DNA from: Geopsychrobacteraceae bacterium
GTDB lineage: Bacteria; Desulfobacterota; Desulfuromonadia; Desulfuromonadales; Geopsychrobacteraceae
Assembly (NCBI GenBank): GCA_963662315.1
Contig: OY759353.1
Span: forward strand, 2,624,001-2,688,000
DNA: 64,000 bases
Reading direction: 5' to 3'
The position numbers and the translations under genes are program-made. The first letter of the stretch is position 1. Each line of letters opens with the position of its first letter. This document shows, one piece after another, positions 9,525 to 19,172 of the stretch. The notes beneath the pieces are model-generated. The model searched no databases. It was not told where the DNA came from and worked only from the letters and a program-made list of their open reading frames with translations.

Positions 9525-10794
9525 ACGACACCTGCAAAGCATGGGTGGAACAGCTGATACAGGGGTCATAAGCACGTATCAGCATTTGTAACTGTTGCGC
9601 CATCTCGCCGCGCGGCATGCCGAGCAACTGCGGGACCAGCGCCTTTAGATCATTTTCAATATTGGCCAGATTTTGTGCCGTTGGAATAATACAGTTAGCC
9701 ATGGCAATGCGCCCCCCTTTGTCATAACGGTAGTGATGGATCAAAGTACCACGCGGTGCTTCAATGGCAGCAAACCCCTCACCGAACCCCTGAGGAGCCG
9801 GAAGCGGATCCTGCCGCAGCCCTTCCAGCAATAACCGATCAATCAGGTGAATCGAAGCCTCAAAGCAGTTGACCACCTCGACGAGGCGAATCTTCATCAT
9901 GGCAAAGGGGTTGACGTCATCACGGTTAATGCCAAGAGCCTGCGCCACGGCCTGAGCCATGGGAGACAGTTCATTTCCCACGTTCTTATAGCGCGCCAAA
10001 GGCCCGACCATATAGCTGTCCGCCAGGGCACGGGCAAACTTGGCCGTAGAGTAAGGAACCAGGAATTCTTCAATCAGAGACTGATATTCACTGACATCAC
10101 CAGAAATACCCGCACTCGAATAGAGCTGCCCGGAAAGCAGAGGATAGACATCATCCTCTTTCAGACACAGATATTCAGTCGGTCGTTCAAATTTGGGGTA
10201 GGTAAATTCGGCAAACAGATCGACCAGATGCTCAAGGGTCGGCAAAATAGCCACCAGCTCTTTGCGCAACCCTTGCAATTCGCCAGGTTCCGGCAAGCGT
10301 GAAAAACCGCCCAGACACGGCGTCACCGGATGAATAGCACGCCCGCCGATCAAGCGGCAGATTTCACTGGCAATCTTTTTCAGGCGCAGTGCTCTGGTCA
10401 CCAGGTCACGCTGCGTGTACGCCAGCGACATAAGGCTACTGACCCCCAGGTAATCAGGCATGGCCATGAACACCAGTTGCAGCAGATGACTCTGCAGAAT
10501 TTCACCATAAGCCAGTAAACGCCGAAAGGCCAGAGTCTGATTACTGACTTCAATCCCCAAGGCCTGTTCCGTTGCCGCCAGGGATACAAGAGTGTGAGAG
10601 TTGGAGCAGATGCCACAAATCCGCGCCACGATAGGAGCAATATCAGTGAAATGCTGACCTTTCAGAAAGCTTTCGAAAAACCGTGGCGTTTCGACAATTT
10701 CGAGGCGACACTCTTTGAGAACCCCCTTGTCGAGATCAACAACCAGGTTGGCGTGCCCCTCAATGCGGGTCAGTTGTTTGATCTCCAGTTTCAT
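9517..10794 (-). CDS. [NiFe]-hydrogenase large (alpha) subunit, group 3b/sulfhydrogenase type
   Basis: TRIEGH, L1 RICGICSNSH, EAPRG, L2 DPCISCSTH plus short cleavable tail; 425 aa. Confidence 0.92.
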   Translation of the reverse strand: MKLEIKQLTRIEGHANLVVDLDKGVLKECRLEIVETPRFFESFLKGQHFTDIAPIVARICGICSNSHTLVSLAATEQALGIEVSNQTLAFRRLLAYGEILQSHLLQLVFMAMPDYLGVSSLMSLAYTQRDLVTRALRLKKIASEICRLIGGRAIHPVTPCLGGFSRLPEPGELQGLRKELVAILPTLEHLVDLFAEFTYPKFERPTEYLCLKEDDVYPLLSGQLYSSAGISGDVSEYQSLIEEFLVPYSTAKFARALADSYMVGPLARYKNVGNELSPMAQAVAQALGINRDDVNPFAMMKIRLVEVVNCFEASIHLIDRLLLEGLRQDPLPAPQGFGEGFAAIEAPRGTLIHHYRYDKGGRIAMANCIIPTAQNLANIENDLKALVPQLLGMPRGEMAQQLQMLIRAYDPCISCSTHALQVSFV

Positions 10795-11531
10795 AACTCT
10801 TTACCAAAATCAAAATTGAAGGTTCTGAATTCCTGCAGCACATCATCAAGAGTCAGACCGTGATCGTATAAAATCTGATTGTAGGGAGAAATACGGGGAT
10901 TTTCCATGGGACCGCGACAGCCCCGGCAGCGGTCTCCGGCATCAATACAGATCGCCTGACAGCCAGCCCGGGTGACCGGCCCCAGACAGACTTCACCACG
11001 ATCAAACGTACAGGGAATTTCAGCCAGCTTGCACTCAACGCACAAGGAATATCCAGGCAGTTCCTGCTCCTTTTCGAGAAGCAGGCTTTGCAATAACGCT
11101 AAAAATTCCGCAGCCATAACCGGACAGCCCGGCAGGCGGTAATCAACGCTGATAAACGCGGACAACGGCTGCGGCTCGCCCGGCATCAGATGTTTAGCCT
11201 GGGTACCGTAGACTTCCTGGCACAACTGTTTTTCCGGAATAGAGCGGCGTAAGGCGTTCACCCCTGCCATATCGGCACAGGCCCCCAGAGCAACCACGAT
11301 AGAGCTTTGTTTACGAATCCGCCGTAAGCGCTCTATTTCCTCAGCGCTACAGATACTCCCCTCGATAAAAGCAATATCGATAGCCTGTCCGGACATGGCA
11401 TCAAGGATCTGGCGGAACTCGACGATCTCAACCAGGTCAAGCATCTCCATAAACTGGTCTTCGAGCCCGAGAATACTGAGCTGACAGCCTTCACAGCCGG
11501 TAAAATCAAAAAATCCGATTTTCTTTTTCAT
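10791..11531 (-). CDS. Group 3b hydrogenase small (delta) subunit
   Basis: FTGCEGCQ, EGS, GACA, PGCP, CVEC...CLGP...C...C..CRGCRG; no Tat signal; start may be 11531-11558. Confidence 0.88.
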   Translation of the reverse strand: MKKKIGFFDFTGCEGCQLSILGLEDQFMEMLDLVEIVEFRQILDAMSGQAIDIAFIEGSICSAEEIERLRRIRKQSSIVVALGACADMAGVNALRRSIPEKQLCQEVYGTQAKHLMPGEPQPLSAFISVDYRLPGCPVMAAEFLALLQSLLLEKEQELPGYSLCVECKLAEIPCTFDRGEVCLGPVTRAGCQAICIDAGDRCRGCRGPMENPRISPYNQILYDHGLTLDDVLQEFRTFNFDFGKEL

Positions 11532-11564
11532 AGACACAATATCTGGCACCATCCCCAAAGGCCA

Positions 11565-13448
11565 TCAGCGCTCAATCGCTTCCCGCAAGTGCCGGACACG
11601 ATCATAGGAGAAAATCGGTCCACATTCACACACCCTGACATCATTAATCTGACAACGCCCGCACTTTCCGAGGCCACATTTCATATGGCGTTCGAGGTTT
11701 AAAAACAGTTGTTGTTCCTGAAAACCGAGGCGAAGCAGCATGGGATTGGTAAAGCGATACATCCCTGCCGGTCCGGAAACTGCGGCCCAGGTCCGTTCAG
11801 GCTTCAGCTCCAGGTCACGTAACAGCATGGTGATATCGCCAACCAGGCCATACCAGTCAGATGCGGCTTCCTGCACAATATAACGACAATCAATCTCTGT
11901 CGAGCCCTGCCATTTTTCCAAGTCGGCTCGAAACAAAAACGCTTCAAACCTATTTGCTCCGTAGAGCAACTGCAAACGGCCAAAATGCTGGCGATTTGCC
12001 AGAATCGTCAACAGCAGGGAGCGCAAAGTGATCAGCCCCCGACCGCCAGCGACCAGCAGGATATCGTGCCCTTTGAAACTGGCCATCGGGAATCCGCGCC
12101 CAAACGGTCCGCGCACGCCAATGATATCCCCGACTTTCAACCGATGCAGTGCTTTGGTCAGGCTTCCGGCTTCGCGCACGACAATTTCGATATACATGCT
12201 ATTTTCGGACGGTGACGCAATGGTAAAAGGAGCCTCGCCAAGACCGAAAATAGAGATCTGCAGAAACATCCCCGGGTCAAAAGCAACCGGTGCGGGTAAA
12301 CGCAGACGAAACAGCTTATCCCACTTGGTCAACTGTTCCACAGCCACGATTTCCGCCAATTGGGGATGGTATTCCTGCCCAGGCAGACTACCGGCCTCGG
12401 GAAAGGCTTTTTCCTGGTGCAGATCATTGAGCACCGAAACCGGGTTAATCCGCCGCAGACACTCTCTAACGCAGCGGCCACAACCGACACACGCCAGACG
12501 CTGTTTTTCATCCCACAGATATTTATACTTGCGGAAAAAACGATGCCGCTGCCTATCAGCCTGGCTGCTGCGAAATTCCATCCCGCCGGATACCTGGGTA
12601 AAATTATCCAGCTGGCAGGAGTCCCAGACCCTGACCCGGGAGCCGCTTTCAAGATCGAGATCCAGCTTGTCCTTGACATTGAAGCAGTAGCAGGTCGGGC
12701 AGACCAGGCTGCAAATGCCACAACCAAGGCAATCCTTACCCAACTTTTCCCAGACCGAGTGATCATAGCTGTCAGTCAGTACCGAAGATAAAGAATCTGC
12801 CGGAAAATGAAGATTTTGAACGGTATTTTTCGTTTTGGGAACGAGCCCCCTGGCTGGCTCGGCGGCGACGATCTGTGGGGCGTGCCGGGTCACCAGGTCC
12901 CAGCCGCGGCGGGTTCCTCCCTGCAGCAGATACCCCCCGTCACAGCGATGCAAAAACAGATCGAAACCGCTTTTCGGCTGATCCGTTTCCATGCTGGTAC
13001 AAAAACAGTACTGATCGGGGGTGCAATCCACCCCGATAATCAATGTTACTTCACGCTTGGCCCGGTAGGCACTATCCGCCTCGCCCTCAAACAGACAATC
13101 ATCCAGGACTTTTATCGCCTGAATATCACACGGATGCACACCGAATAGGATACGGGGTTGGGCAGCCTTTTCCGGCTCGAGCAGAACCTTGCCGCCAACA
13201 CGGAAATGAAACAGCTTATCCCAGTTGGGAAACAGGTATTTTTTCGGGGAAGGAACTTGGGGTGGGAAATCAAGCCTGAGCAGGGTCGGGTCTTCGACCG
13301 GGCCAAGACCGAGACGACCTCGTTTTTCCTGCACTCCCACGACTTCATAGGAATAGGTTAACGAGCGGACAAACTGGTCAAGCATCTCCCGGCTGACGAA
13401 ACGCCAGGGCACTTTCTCCTGCTCATCTTTTTCATTCACTTCAGTCAT
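11565..13448 (-). CDS. Fused group 3b hydrogenase beta (4Fe-4S dicluster) + gamma (FAD/NAD(P)-binding, 2Fe-2S) subunit
   Basis: N-half: CFC, CLGCGICSLVCPTCYC, CVGCGRCVREC. C-half: RGPFGRGF, GGRG, ERHMKCGLGKCGRC. Single 627-aa ORF. Confidence 0.85.
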   Translation of the reverse strand: MTEVNEKDEQEKVPWRFVSREMLDQFVRSLTYSYEVVGVQEKRGRLGLGPVEDPTLLRLDFPPQVPSPKKYLFPNWDKLFHFRVGGKVLLEPEKAAQPRILFGVHPCDIQAIKVLDDCLFEGEADSAYRAKREVTLIIGVDCTPDQYCFCTSMETDQPKSGFDLFLHRCDGGYLLQGGTRRGWDLVTRHAPQIVAAEPARGLVPKTKNTVQNLHFPADSLSSVLTDSYDHSVWEKLGKDCLGCGICSLVCPTCYCFNVKDKLDLDLESGSRVRVWDSCQLDNFTQVSGGMEFRSSQADRQRHRFFRKYKYLWDEKQRLACVGCGRCVRECLRRINPVSVLNDLHQEKAFPEAGSLPGQEYHPQLAEIVAVEQLTKWDKLFRLRLPAPVAFDPGMFLQISIFGLGEAPFTIASPSENSMYIEIVVREAGSLTKALHRLKVGDIIGVRGPFGRGFPMASFKGHDILLVAGGRGLITLRSLLLTILANRQHFGRLQLLYGANRFEAFLFRADLEKWQGSTEIDCRYIVQEAASDWYGLVGDITMLLRDLELKPERTWAAVSGPAGMYRFTNPMLLRLGFQEQQLFLNLERHMKCGLGKCGRCQINDVRVCECGPIFSYDRVRHLREAIER

Positions 13449-13461
13449 GGCATCATGCTAA

Positions 13462-13554
13462 TTCCCCCCTTTTTAAAGGGGGGTTAGGGGGGATTTCTTA
13501 CGCGTAAGGGAGACGTTGCAAATCCCCCTCAGTCCCCCTTTACTAAAGGGGGAA
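13462..13554. repeat. REP-like paired palindromes (CCCCCTTT..AAAGGGGG type), inverted pair
   Basis: TTCCCCCCTTTTTAAAGGGGGGTTAGGGGGGATTT ... AAATCCCCCTCAGTCCCCCTTTACTAAAGGGGGAA. Confidence 0.75.
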
Positions 13555-13568
13555 GATAATTTTAAAAA

Positions 13569-14759
13569 TCAGACCTCTTCCGGTTCAAGAATCGGCAGAT
13601 AGGTTACACCGATTTTATACAACAGTACACCGAAAGCGACAAAGGCCAGGGTAATGGCAACTTCCCCGACGGTGGGGAAATAGTTCCAGCCAGTGCCGGG
13701 ATTCACCCCGATCAGGAACACATTAAAACGGTTCAAAACAACTCCCAGGATCACCGAAGTCGCGCAACAGAACAGTTTGAACGGACTGTTACGGACGCTT
13801 TCCCGTTTGAACATAAAATAAGGCACGGCAAACAGGCAGAATTCCACCAAGAAGGAATAACCCTGGACACTGCCGTCAAAAGCACTGACCAAGACCCCGC
13901 GATAGGCGAGATCACCGATACGCAGCAGCAGGTAAGTTCCCAAGAAGTAAGGAATAAACTCTGAGATCCCAGCGAGCAGCTTCGATTCGTCCCTGGTCCG
14001 GAAAAAGAGCCGGGCCAGGGTGGCCTCAAAGATGACCATGGGCAACCCGACACTCACCGCCGAGGTCAGGAACAACAGTGGCGACAAGGGAGTAAACCAC
14101 AATTCATGCAGCTTATAGGGAGCAATCAGCATCAGGGTACCAAGGGAAGACTGGTGACCAAAAGACAGGACCACGCCGGCAATAATGAAGAAGGCCATGA
14201 TACGGCGCAACAGGCGGTCGCCTTTCTCCATGAAAAATTCCGTCGGCTTGTTAAACAGATTGAATGGCACCATCAGATTAACGCGCCCTTTGTACTCATC
14301 AAATAGCGCCGGCAGGTTTTCGATAGCCAGCACCGTCAGGTACAGCATGACACACCAGGCGACCTCGAATAATACCGAGGTACCGTTCCAGTACACCAGC
14401 GCGTGCCAGATATTGTAATACTTGCCAAGGTCAAAGGTCACACCGAGGCCGACCAGAAAGTACCCGATAAAGGCCGTCAGGGTTGCCGGTCTGAGTAGGG
14501 CATGGTACTTCTCGTGACCAAAGATTTCGACGATCGCCGCGGTGGTAAAGCCCCCAGCTGCCAGAGCAACGCCACAGGCGACATCAAAGGCGATCCAGAT
14601 CCCCCAGGGAAACCCCGGATTCAGATTGGTCACCGAGGCAAAGCCGTGGAAAAACCGGAAGTAGGCAAAGTAGCAACCCGCCACCATGAAGAATAACAGT
14701 ACCCAGGTATTAAAAGTAAAAAACTTGCCACGTAAGGCACTAGCATGATGGCTCATCAT
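13569..14759 (-). CDS. hybB: HybB-like NrfD/PsrC family membrane subunit
   Basis: PWGIWIAFDVACGVALAAGGF, DLG, SVLFEVAWCVMLY, HQSSLG; about 10 hydrophobic segments. Confidence 0.88.
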   Translation of the reverse strand: MMSHHASALRGKFFTFNTWVLLFFMVAGCYFAYFRFFHGFASVTNLNPGFPWGIWIAFDVACGVALAAGGFTTAAIVEIFGHEKYHALLRPATLTAFIGYFLVGLGVTFDLGKYYNIWHALVYWNGTSVLFEVAWCVMLYLTVLAIENLPALFDEYKGRVNLMVPFNLFNKPTEFFMEKGDRLLRRIMAFFIIAGVVLSFGHQSSLGTLMLIAPYKLHELWFTPLSPLLFLTSAVSVGLPMVIFEATLARLFFRTRDESKLLAGISEFIPYFLGTYLLLRIGDLAYRGVLVSAFDGSVQGYSFLVEFCLFAVPYFMFKRESVRNSPFKLFCCATSVILGVVLNRFNVFLIGVNPGTGWNYFPTVGEVAITLAFVAFGVLLYKIGVTYLPILEPEEV

Positions 14760-15660
14760 GTCCTCCTTTGTCAGCCTTTTTCTCTTTGCGCCGCTGGTTA
14801 TAAACCATGATTCCTCCCAGAATGGTGTATACAGCGATGGGCGGGATAAAATACTGGAAGATACGATGCTGAATGCTCTCGGTCAGCCCCGAAACCGGAC
14901 GATAAGCAAAATCACCGAGCCCCAAAGAAGCAAAGGCTACTTTTTTGCTGCTCAGATAGAGGACATCCGTGCCACCGACTTCATTTTCACCATAGATGTG
15001 ATCCTCATAAAGCCCTGGATTTTCCTCAATCCTCTGACGTGCAATTTTGATCAGATCCTGCCGTTTGCCAAACACGATAGCCCCGGCAGGACATGCGTCT
15101 GCACACGCGGTCGGTTTCCCTTGCGCAACCCGACTCTCACTGCACAGGGTACATTTTTTAATAGTAGGAATTGCCTTGCTCCACTCAAACTGTGGCACAT
15201 TGTAAGGACAGGCCACCATACAGTAACGACACCCCATGCACTTGTCGGCATCGTATTGAACGGAACCATCGGCGGTCTTCTTCAGCGCACCGACAATACA
15301 GGCCGAGACACAGGCAGGATCGACGCAGTGCATACACTGACGCTTGACAAACGTCGCCTGGCCGGCTTCATCCTGGTACATTTTAACCAGAGTATAGGTA
15401 TTTTCCGACAACTCGCGGGGTGAATCGTAAAGACCGCTTCCCAGACTGTTGTCTGGAGCCAGGTGATTCTCCCTCTTGCAGGCGACCTGGCAGGCCTTAC
15501 AGCCGATACAGCGCGTCGTATCATTCAGCATGCCATACCACTCGGGATCGGCCTGAGGCCGCTGGTGTTCAGCATGTGCGACGACCGGGGCAGCTGCCGA
15601 GCAGATAGCAGCCCCCCCGGCAGCGCCCAACTTAAAGAATTTTCTCCGTGAAATATCCAT
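14740..15660 (-). CDS. hybA: HybA-like Tat-exported 4x[4Fe-4S] electron-transfer subunit
   Basis: Tat motif SRRKFFK; CIGCKACQVAC, CMHCVDPACVSAC, CMGCRYCMVACP, CTLC...CADACP; C-terminal TM helix. Confidence 0.9.
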   Translation of the reverse strand: MDISRRKFFKLGAAGGAAICSAAAPVVAHAEHQRPQADPEWYGMLNDTTRCIGCKACQVACKRENHLAPDNSLGSGLYDSPRELSENTYTLVKMYQDEAGQATFVKRQCMHCVDPACVSACIVGALKKTADGSVQYDADKCMGCRYCMVACPYNVPQFEWSKAIPTIKKCTLCSESRVAQGKPTACADACPAGAIVFGKRQDLIKIARQRIEENPGLYEDHIYGENEVGGTDVLYLSSKKVAFASLGLGDFAYRPVSGLTESIQHRIFQYFIPPIAVYTILGGIMVYNQRRKEKKADKGGHDEPSC

Positions 15661-15663
15661 ACC

Positions 15664-16761
15664 CTACCCCCTCTTGTCCTGATCTTTCTGTCCCTTGCCT
15701 TGAAGCGCAGCTTTCGCGCCAACAGCACCGACAGCGAGCCCGGCCAACCCGGCATACACAGGGCCATAACCTGATTCTTTATGATGATCAGTAAAAATCG
15801 GGGGATAAGCTGCCGGCGGGGTAACCTCTTTCAGGGGCACCGGGGTCGCCAGAGATTTGGCAAAGGGGAATTCCGGCTCAACACAACCGATACAGGCGTG
15901 ACCGTTTTCAATACACCAGTTGGTCCCCCCGTTCCACTCTTTCTGCGGACAGCTGGCGTGGGTAATCGGTCCTTTGCAGCCAAGTTTGTAGAGGCAATAA
16001 GGATCAGACGCTTTTTCAGCAAAACGACCGGCGTCAAAATGACCGCGCAGCGGGCAGTTATCATGGATCAGGGTGCCGTAGTAAGCCACGGGTCTGGCAT
16101 AGTCATCCACCTTGATATTCTTGGGACCATCAAGCAGTAGCGAAGCAACGGTCCCGATGAACCAGTCAGGGTGAGCCGCGCAGCCCGGCAGGTTAATGGT
16201 CGGGGTACTGATCCCATGCTCCTGGAAAACATCCAGCACACCTTTGGCTCCGGTTGGATTCGGTTCAGCAGCAACAACACCGCCAAAAGCCGCGCAACTG
16301 CCGATAGCGATAACCGCTTTCGCTTTGCGGCCCAGGCGCATCACATGTTCAAGCGCCGGAATACCATGACCATTCTTTTCCCCGACTTCACAGGCGGTGC
16401 CGCCATCCTTGGTCGCAATGGCGCCCTCAACAACGAGCAGGAACGGTTTTTCCTCGGTATCGTACATAGCCTGCATAGCCAGGTCTCCGGAAGCGGCCAT
16501 GACCGTCGGGTGGAACACCAGCTCGGTATGATGACCAGGGACAATCTGACCGAGCAAGACATCCTGAATGCGTGGCGATAACGCATCCAGCAGAGAAACA
16601 CTGCAGCCACTGCAAGCTCCGGCCGCCAGCCAGATGATCGGGGTTTCCTGCAGCGCATCGGCAAAGGCTTTACGCAACAAAGGGTTATCGAACAGACTCA
16701 TCCCGAAAACAGCGGCTGCTCCGGCGGATCCTTTTAAAAATTTACGACGACTCAGTTCCAT
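15664..16761 (-). CDS. Periplasmic [NiFe]-hydrogenase small subunit, Tat signal, C-terminal anchor
   Basis: SRRKFLK; CSGCS, GSCA, PGC, HDNC, CLYKLGCKGP, WCI..GHACIGC; hydrophobic C-terminus. Confidence 0.92.
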   Translation of the reverse strand: MELSRRKFLKGSAGAAAVFGMSLFDNPLLRKAFADALQETPIIWLAAGACSGCSVSLLDALSPRIQDVLLGQIVPGHHTELVFHPTVMAASGDLAMQAMYDTEEKPFLLVVEGAIATKDGGTACEVGEKNGHGIPALEHVMRLGRKAKAVIAIGSCAAFGGVVAAEPNPTGAKGVLDVFQEHGISTPTINLPGCAAHPDWFIGTVASLLLDGPKNIKVDDYARPVAYYGTLIHDNCPLRGHFDAGRFAEKASDPYCLYKLGCKGPITHASCPQKEWNGGTNWCIENGHACIGCVEPEFPFAKSLATPVPLKEVTPPAAYPPIFTDHHKESGYGPVYAGLAGLAVGAVGAKAALQGKGQKDQDKRG

Positions 16762-17269
16762 ATTTCTCTCCTCGGGGGTCATCCACCCCCATCACATGTT
16801 CAATTTCATTGACGACCAGGCGCACCGCTTGCGGCACGGCCTGCCGTACTTCATCACATAATCCGATTCCCAGGGCTGTTGAGGAGGGCTGCACCCCGAT
16901 CACCACGGTCTGTTCCGGCTTGCAATCAACCAGTTCAGCGAGTTTCAGGGTCTCCAGCAGACCAACCTGATGCAGAGAGTTCATCGGCAAGCCACCGCTT
17001 TCAACCTGTTCGGGGCTGAAGCGATAGAGGGTCCCGGGCTGCTGCCCCCCCCTTACCGCGTCCAGCACAATCAGTTTGCGGCGACCGTCAAACACATCCA
17101 TCAGATCGATAGCCGAGGTCCCGGCATCGAAAAGCTCAACCTGATCGGGCAACTCTTCATCCTCAAGAGCACGCAAGACGGCATCAGCAAAGCCGTCATC
17201 GCTGCTGAGAATATTACCGACCCCCATCACCAGGATGGGAGCGCGCCATTCCTCATATGTGACGGACAT
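16742..17269 (-). CDS. Hydrogenase maturation protease (HyaD/HybD family)
   Basis: GVGNILSSDDGF, DAGT, LDAV, SLHQ; directly after the large subunit. Confidence 0.92.
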   Translation of the reverse strand: MSVTYEEWRAPILVMGVGNILSSDDGFADAVLRALEDEELPDQVELFDAGTSAIDLMDVFDGRRKLIVLDAVRGGQQPGTLYRFSPEQVESGGLPMNSLHQVGLLETLKLAELVDCKPEQTVVIGVQPSSTALGIGLCDEVRQAVPQAVRLVVNEIEHVMGVDDPRGEKYGTESS

Positions 17270-18834
17270 TACTGGGGCCCGACGACAAAACGACCAAGGT
17301 CCCGCCCCTTGGGATCAACCACGTGCACGGCACAGGACAGGCAGGGATCGTAGGAGCGGACGATACGAACCAGCTCAAAGGGATTGTTTTTATCTCGGAC
17401 GGCAGTCCCGATCAGAGACTGTTCGATGGGACCAGGCTGTCCCGCAGAGTCCATCGGACCCGCGTTCCAAGTGGTTGGAACAACGGCCTGGTAGTTTTTG
17501 GTCTGCCCGCCTTCAACGACGATCCAGTGACCCAGGGCCCCACGGGGAGCTTCGTGCAGCCCCATCCCTTTACTGGTGACGTTGAGATTGAAGTCGGTAA
17601 ATGACGGCGCCCCCGGCTGCAGTTCCATCGCCCAGTCACGCAGCTTGCCCGCAACAATGCGGGTTTCGATAGCGCGAGCGGCATGACGTCCCAGTACCGA
17701 AAAGAGGGCCGGAGCAGAGGCATTGAACTTGCCCAACACAGAGTTGATCATACTCTGAACCTGCTGATCACCGGAGACATAGCTGGCCAGCATCCGTGCC
17801 AACGGACCAACTTCCATAACCTCACCATTGTAGCGGGGAGACTTGCACCAGCTGTAAGCACCGGCTTTTTCATGGTCGGCCTCGGTGACCCCTTCGTAGG
17901 GGTGGCGGATACCGGAATCGACATAATAGCTGTTCTGCACATCTTCGGTAATGGCCTGAGGGTTGATCCTCTCCAGTTTCAGGGTACTGCCGCGTACAAT
18001 CCCCTGGGGCAGATAGCGACTGCGTTTGGTCAGATCCGGGTCGGTATCCAGATCAAAACAGCCAAATGACATGAATTGCTGACAGCCCGTGCCTACGGTA
18101 AAATAATCACTGTAGCGAGCGGCGACCATCAGCACATCGGGCAGGTAGTAGGAATCGATAAAATCGATCAGCTGGTCAACTTTGGCAACAAATTGGGTAA
18201 TTTTGTCTCGTGTCGGAGCGGTAGAGACGCCCCCGGCGACAATCGACATGTTATGCGGCATCTTGCCACCAAAAACAGCAACGGTTTCGTGAGCCAGGCG
18301 GCGCATATTCAAAGCTTCAACGTAATGCGCTACCGCAGCGATATTTTCCGCCTTGCTGAGGCGGTAATCACCTTCGTAACGTGGCACAAAGGGCCCCAAA
18401 TGACCACGGCTGATAAAATCCTGCACCTTTTTCAGAATCGGGTCAGTGCCGTTGTAATCAGCGACAGCCGTCACATCAACGTAATCAAGAGCAGCCAGCT
18501 GATAAAAGTGCAGGATGTGTGACTGCACATAGTTGGCACCCTGGATCAGATTGCGCAGAATCCGGCCGTTAGCGGTGATATTGCCATTTACGCCATAGGC
18601 TTCATCAAGGGCATAGGCTGCAGCAAGACCGTGAGATGTCGGGCAGACACCACAGATACGTTGCATAATACGGGCAGCATCACGGGGATCTCGGCCGAGC
18701 AGAATATTTTCCAGGCCGCGATAAAGCATACCGGAACTTTTCGCTTCCTTGACAACACCGTCTTCCAGCGTTGCTTCAATTTTGAGATGGCCTTCAATAC
18801 GGGAAATGGGGTCGATGGTAATTTTTGTTGCCAT
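17269..18834 (-). CDS. Group 1 [NiFe]-hydrogenase large subunit (group 1a-like motifs, Cys-containing)
   Basis: DPISRIEGH, L1 QRICGVCPTSH, EAPRGALGHW, L2 DPCLSCAVH (first Cys codon TGC) plus cleavable tail. Confidence 0.93.
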   Translation of the reverse strand: MATKITIDPISRIEGHLKIEATLEDGVVKEAKSSGMLYRGLENILLGRDPRDAARIMQRICGVCPTSHGLAAAYALDEAYGVNGNITANGRILRNLIQGANYVQSHILHFYQLAALDYVDVTAVADYNGTDPILKKVQDFISRGHLGPFVPRYEGDYRLSKAENIAAVAHYVEALNMRRLAHETVAVFGGKMPHNMSIVAGGVSTAPTRDKITQFVAKVDQLIDFIDSYYLPDVLMVAARYSDYFTVGTGCQQFMSFGCFDLDTDPDLTKRSRYLPQGIVRGSTLKLERINPQAITEDVQNSYYVDSGIRHPYEGVTEADHEKAGAYSWCKSPRYNGEVMEVGPLARMLASYVSGDQQVQSMINSVLGKFNASAPALFSVLGRHAARAIETRIVAGKLRDWAMELQPGAPSFTDFNLNVTSKGMGLHEAPRGALGHWIVVEGGQTKNYQAVVPTTWNAGPMDSAGQPGPIEQSLIGTAVRDKNNPFELVRIVRSYDPCLSCAVHVVDPKGRDLGRFVVGPQ

Positions 18835-18964
18835 GAAAATCCTCTCCTGATCTCACTAAAAAATGTCAAAACAACAACCCTCCACACCTTACTTTTCAGT
18901 CGTCTCCTTTCTGAACAAGCGTTAAAGCATGGACAGATCGCGCAAACGCATACGGGTCAAGAGG

Positions 18965-18980
18965 ATCAAAAAGCGTGCCA
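18965..18980 (-). promoter_or_regulatory. Putative sigma54 (-24/-12) promoter of the hydrogenase operon
   Basis: Minus strand TGGCACGCTTTTTGAT versus consensus TGGCACGNNNNTTGCW (one mismatch at -12); about 130 bp upstream of the large-subunit ATG; adjacent to a sigma54 activator gene. Confidence 0.7.
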
Positions 18981-19070
18981 GATCGATTATTTTATTTACA
19001 ACAGGAGCTATTCATTGATTAACAGGCATTTTTTAGAATATAACCGGCAATGATGGCGTTTTGGCAGAAA

Positions 19071-19108
19071 TGGATCATCTTGTCCAAGGAGTGGTTCAAA
19101 ATGACCCA
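19071..19108. promoter_or_regulatory. Tandem 17-bp palindromic sites, putative enhancer (UAS) for the sigma54 activator
   Basis: TGGATCA-TCT-TGTCCAA (19071) and TGGTTCA-AAA-TGACCCA (19092), 21 bp apart, about 90-130 bp upstream of the -24 box. Confidence 0.6.
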
Positions 19109-19172
19109 TTTTCTTCATTCAGAAAGGAAGTAATTTGCAGTAAAAAGAAGAGTTAAAAATTAATTTCCGTTT

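Noticed and set aside
13462..13554. Palindromic repeats as CRISPR or IS ends
   Set aside because: No regularly spaced direct repeats with spacers, no cas or transposase gene; fits REP-like elements.
17323..17350. Possible selenocysteine in the group 1a-like large subunit
   Set aside because: The codon in DPC is TGC, and no in-frame TGA occurs in either large subunit.
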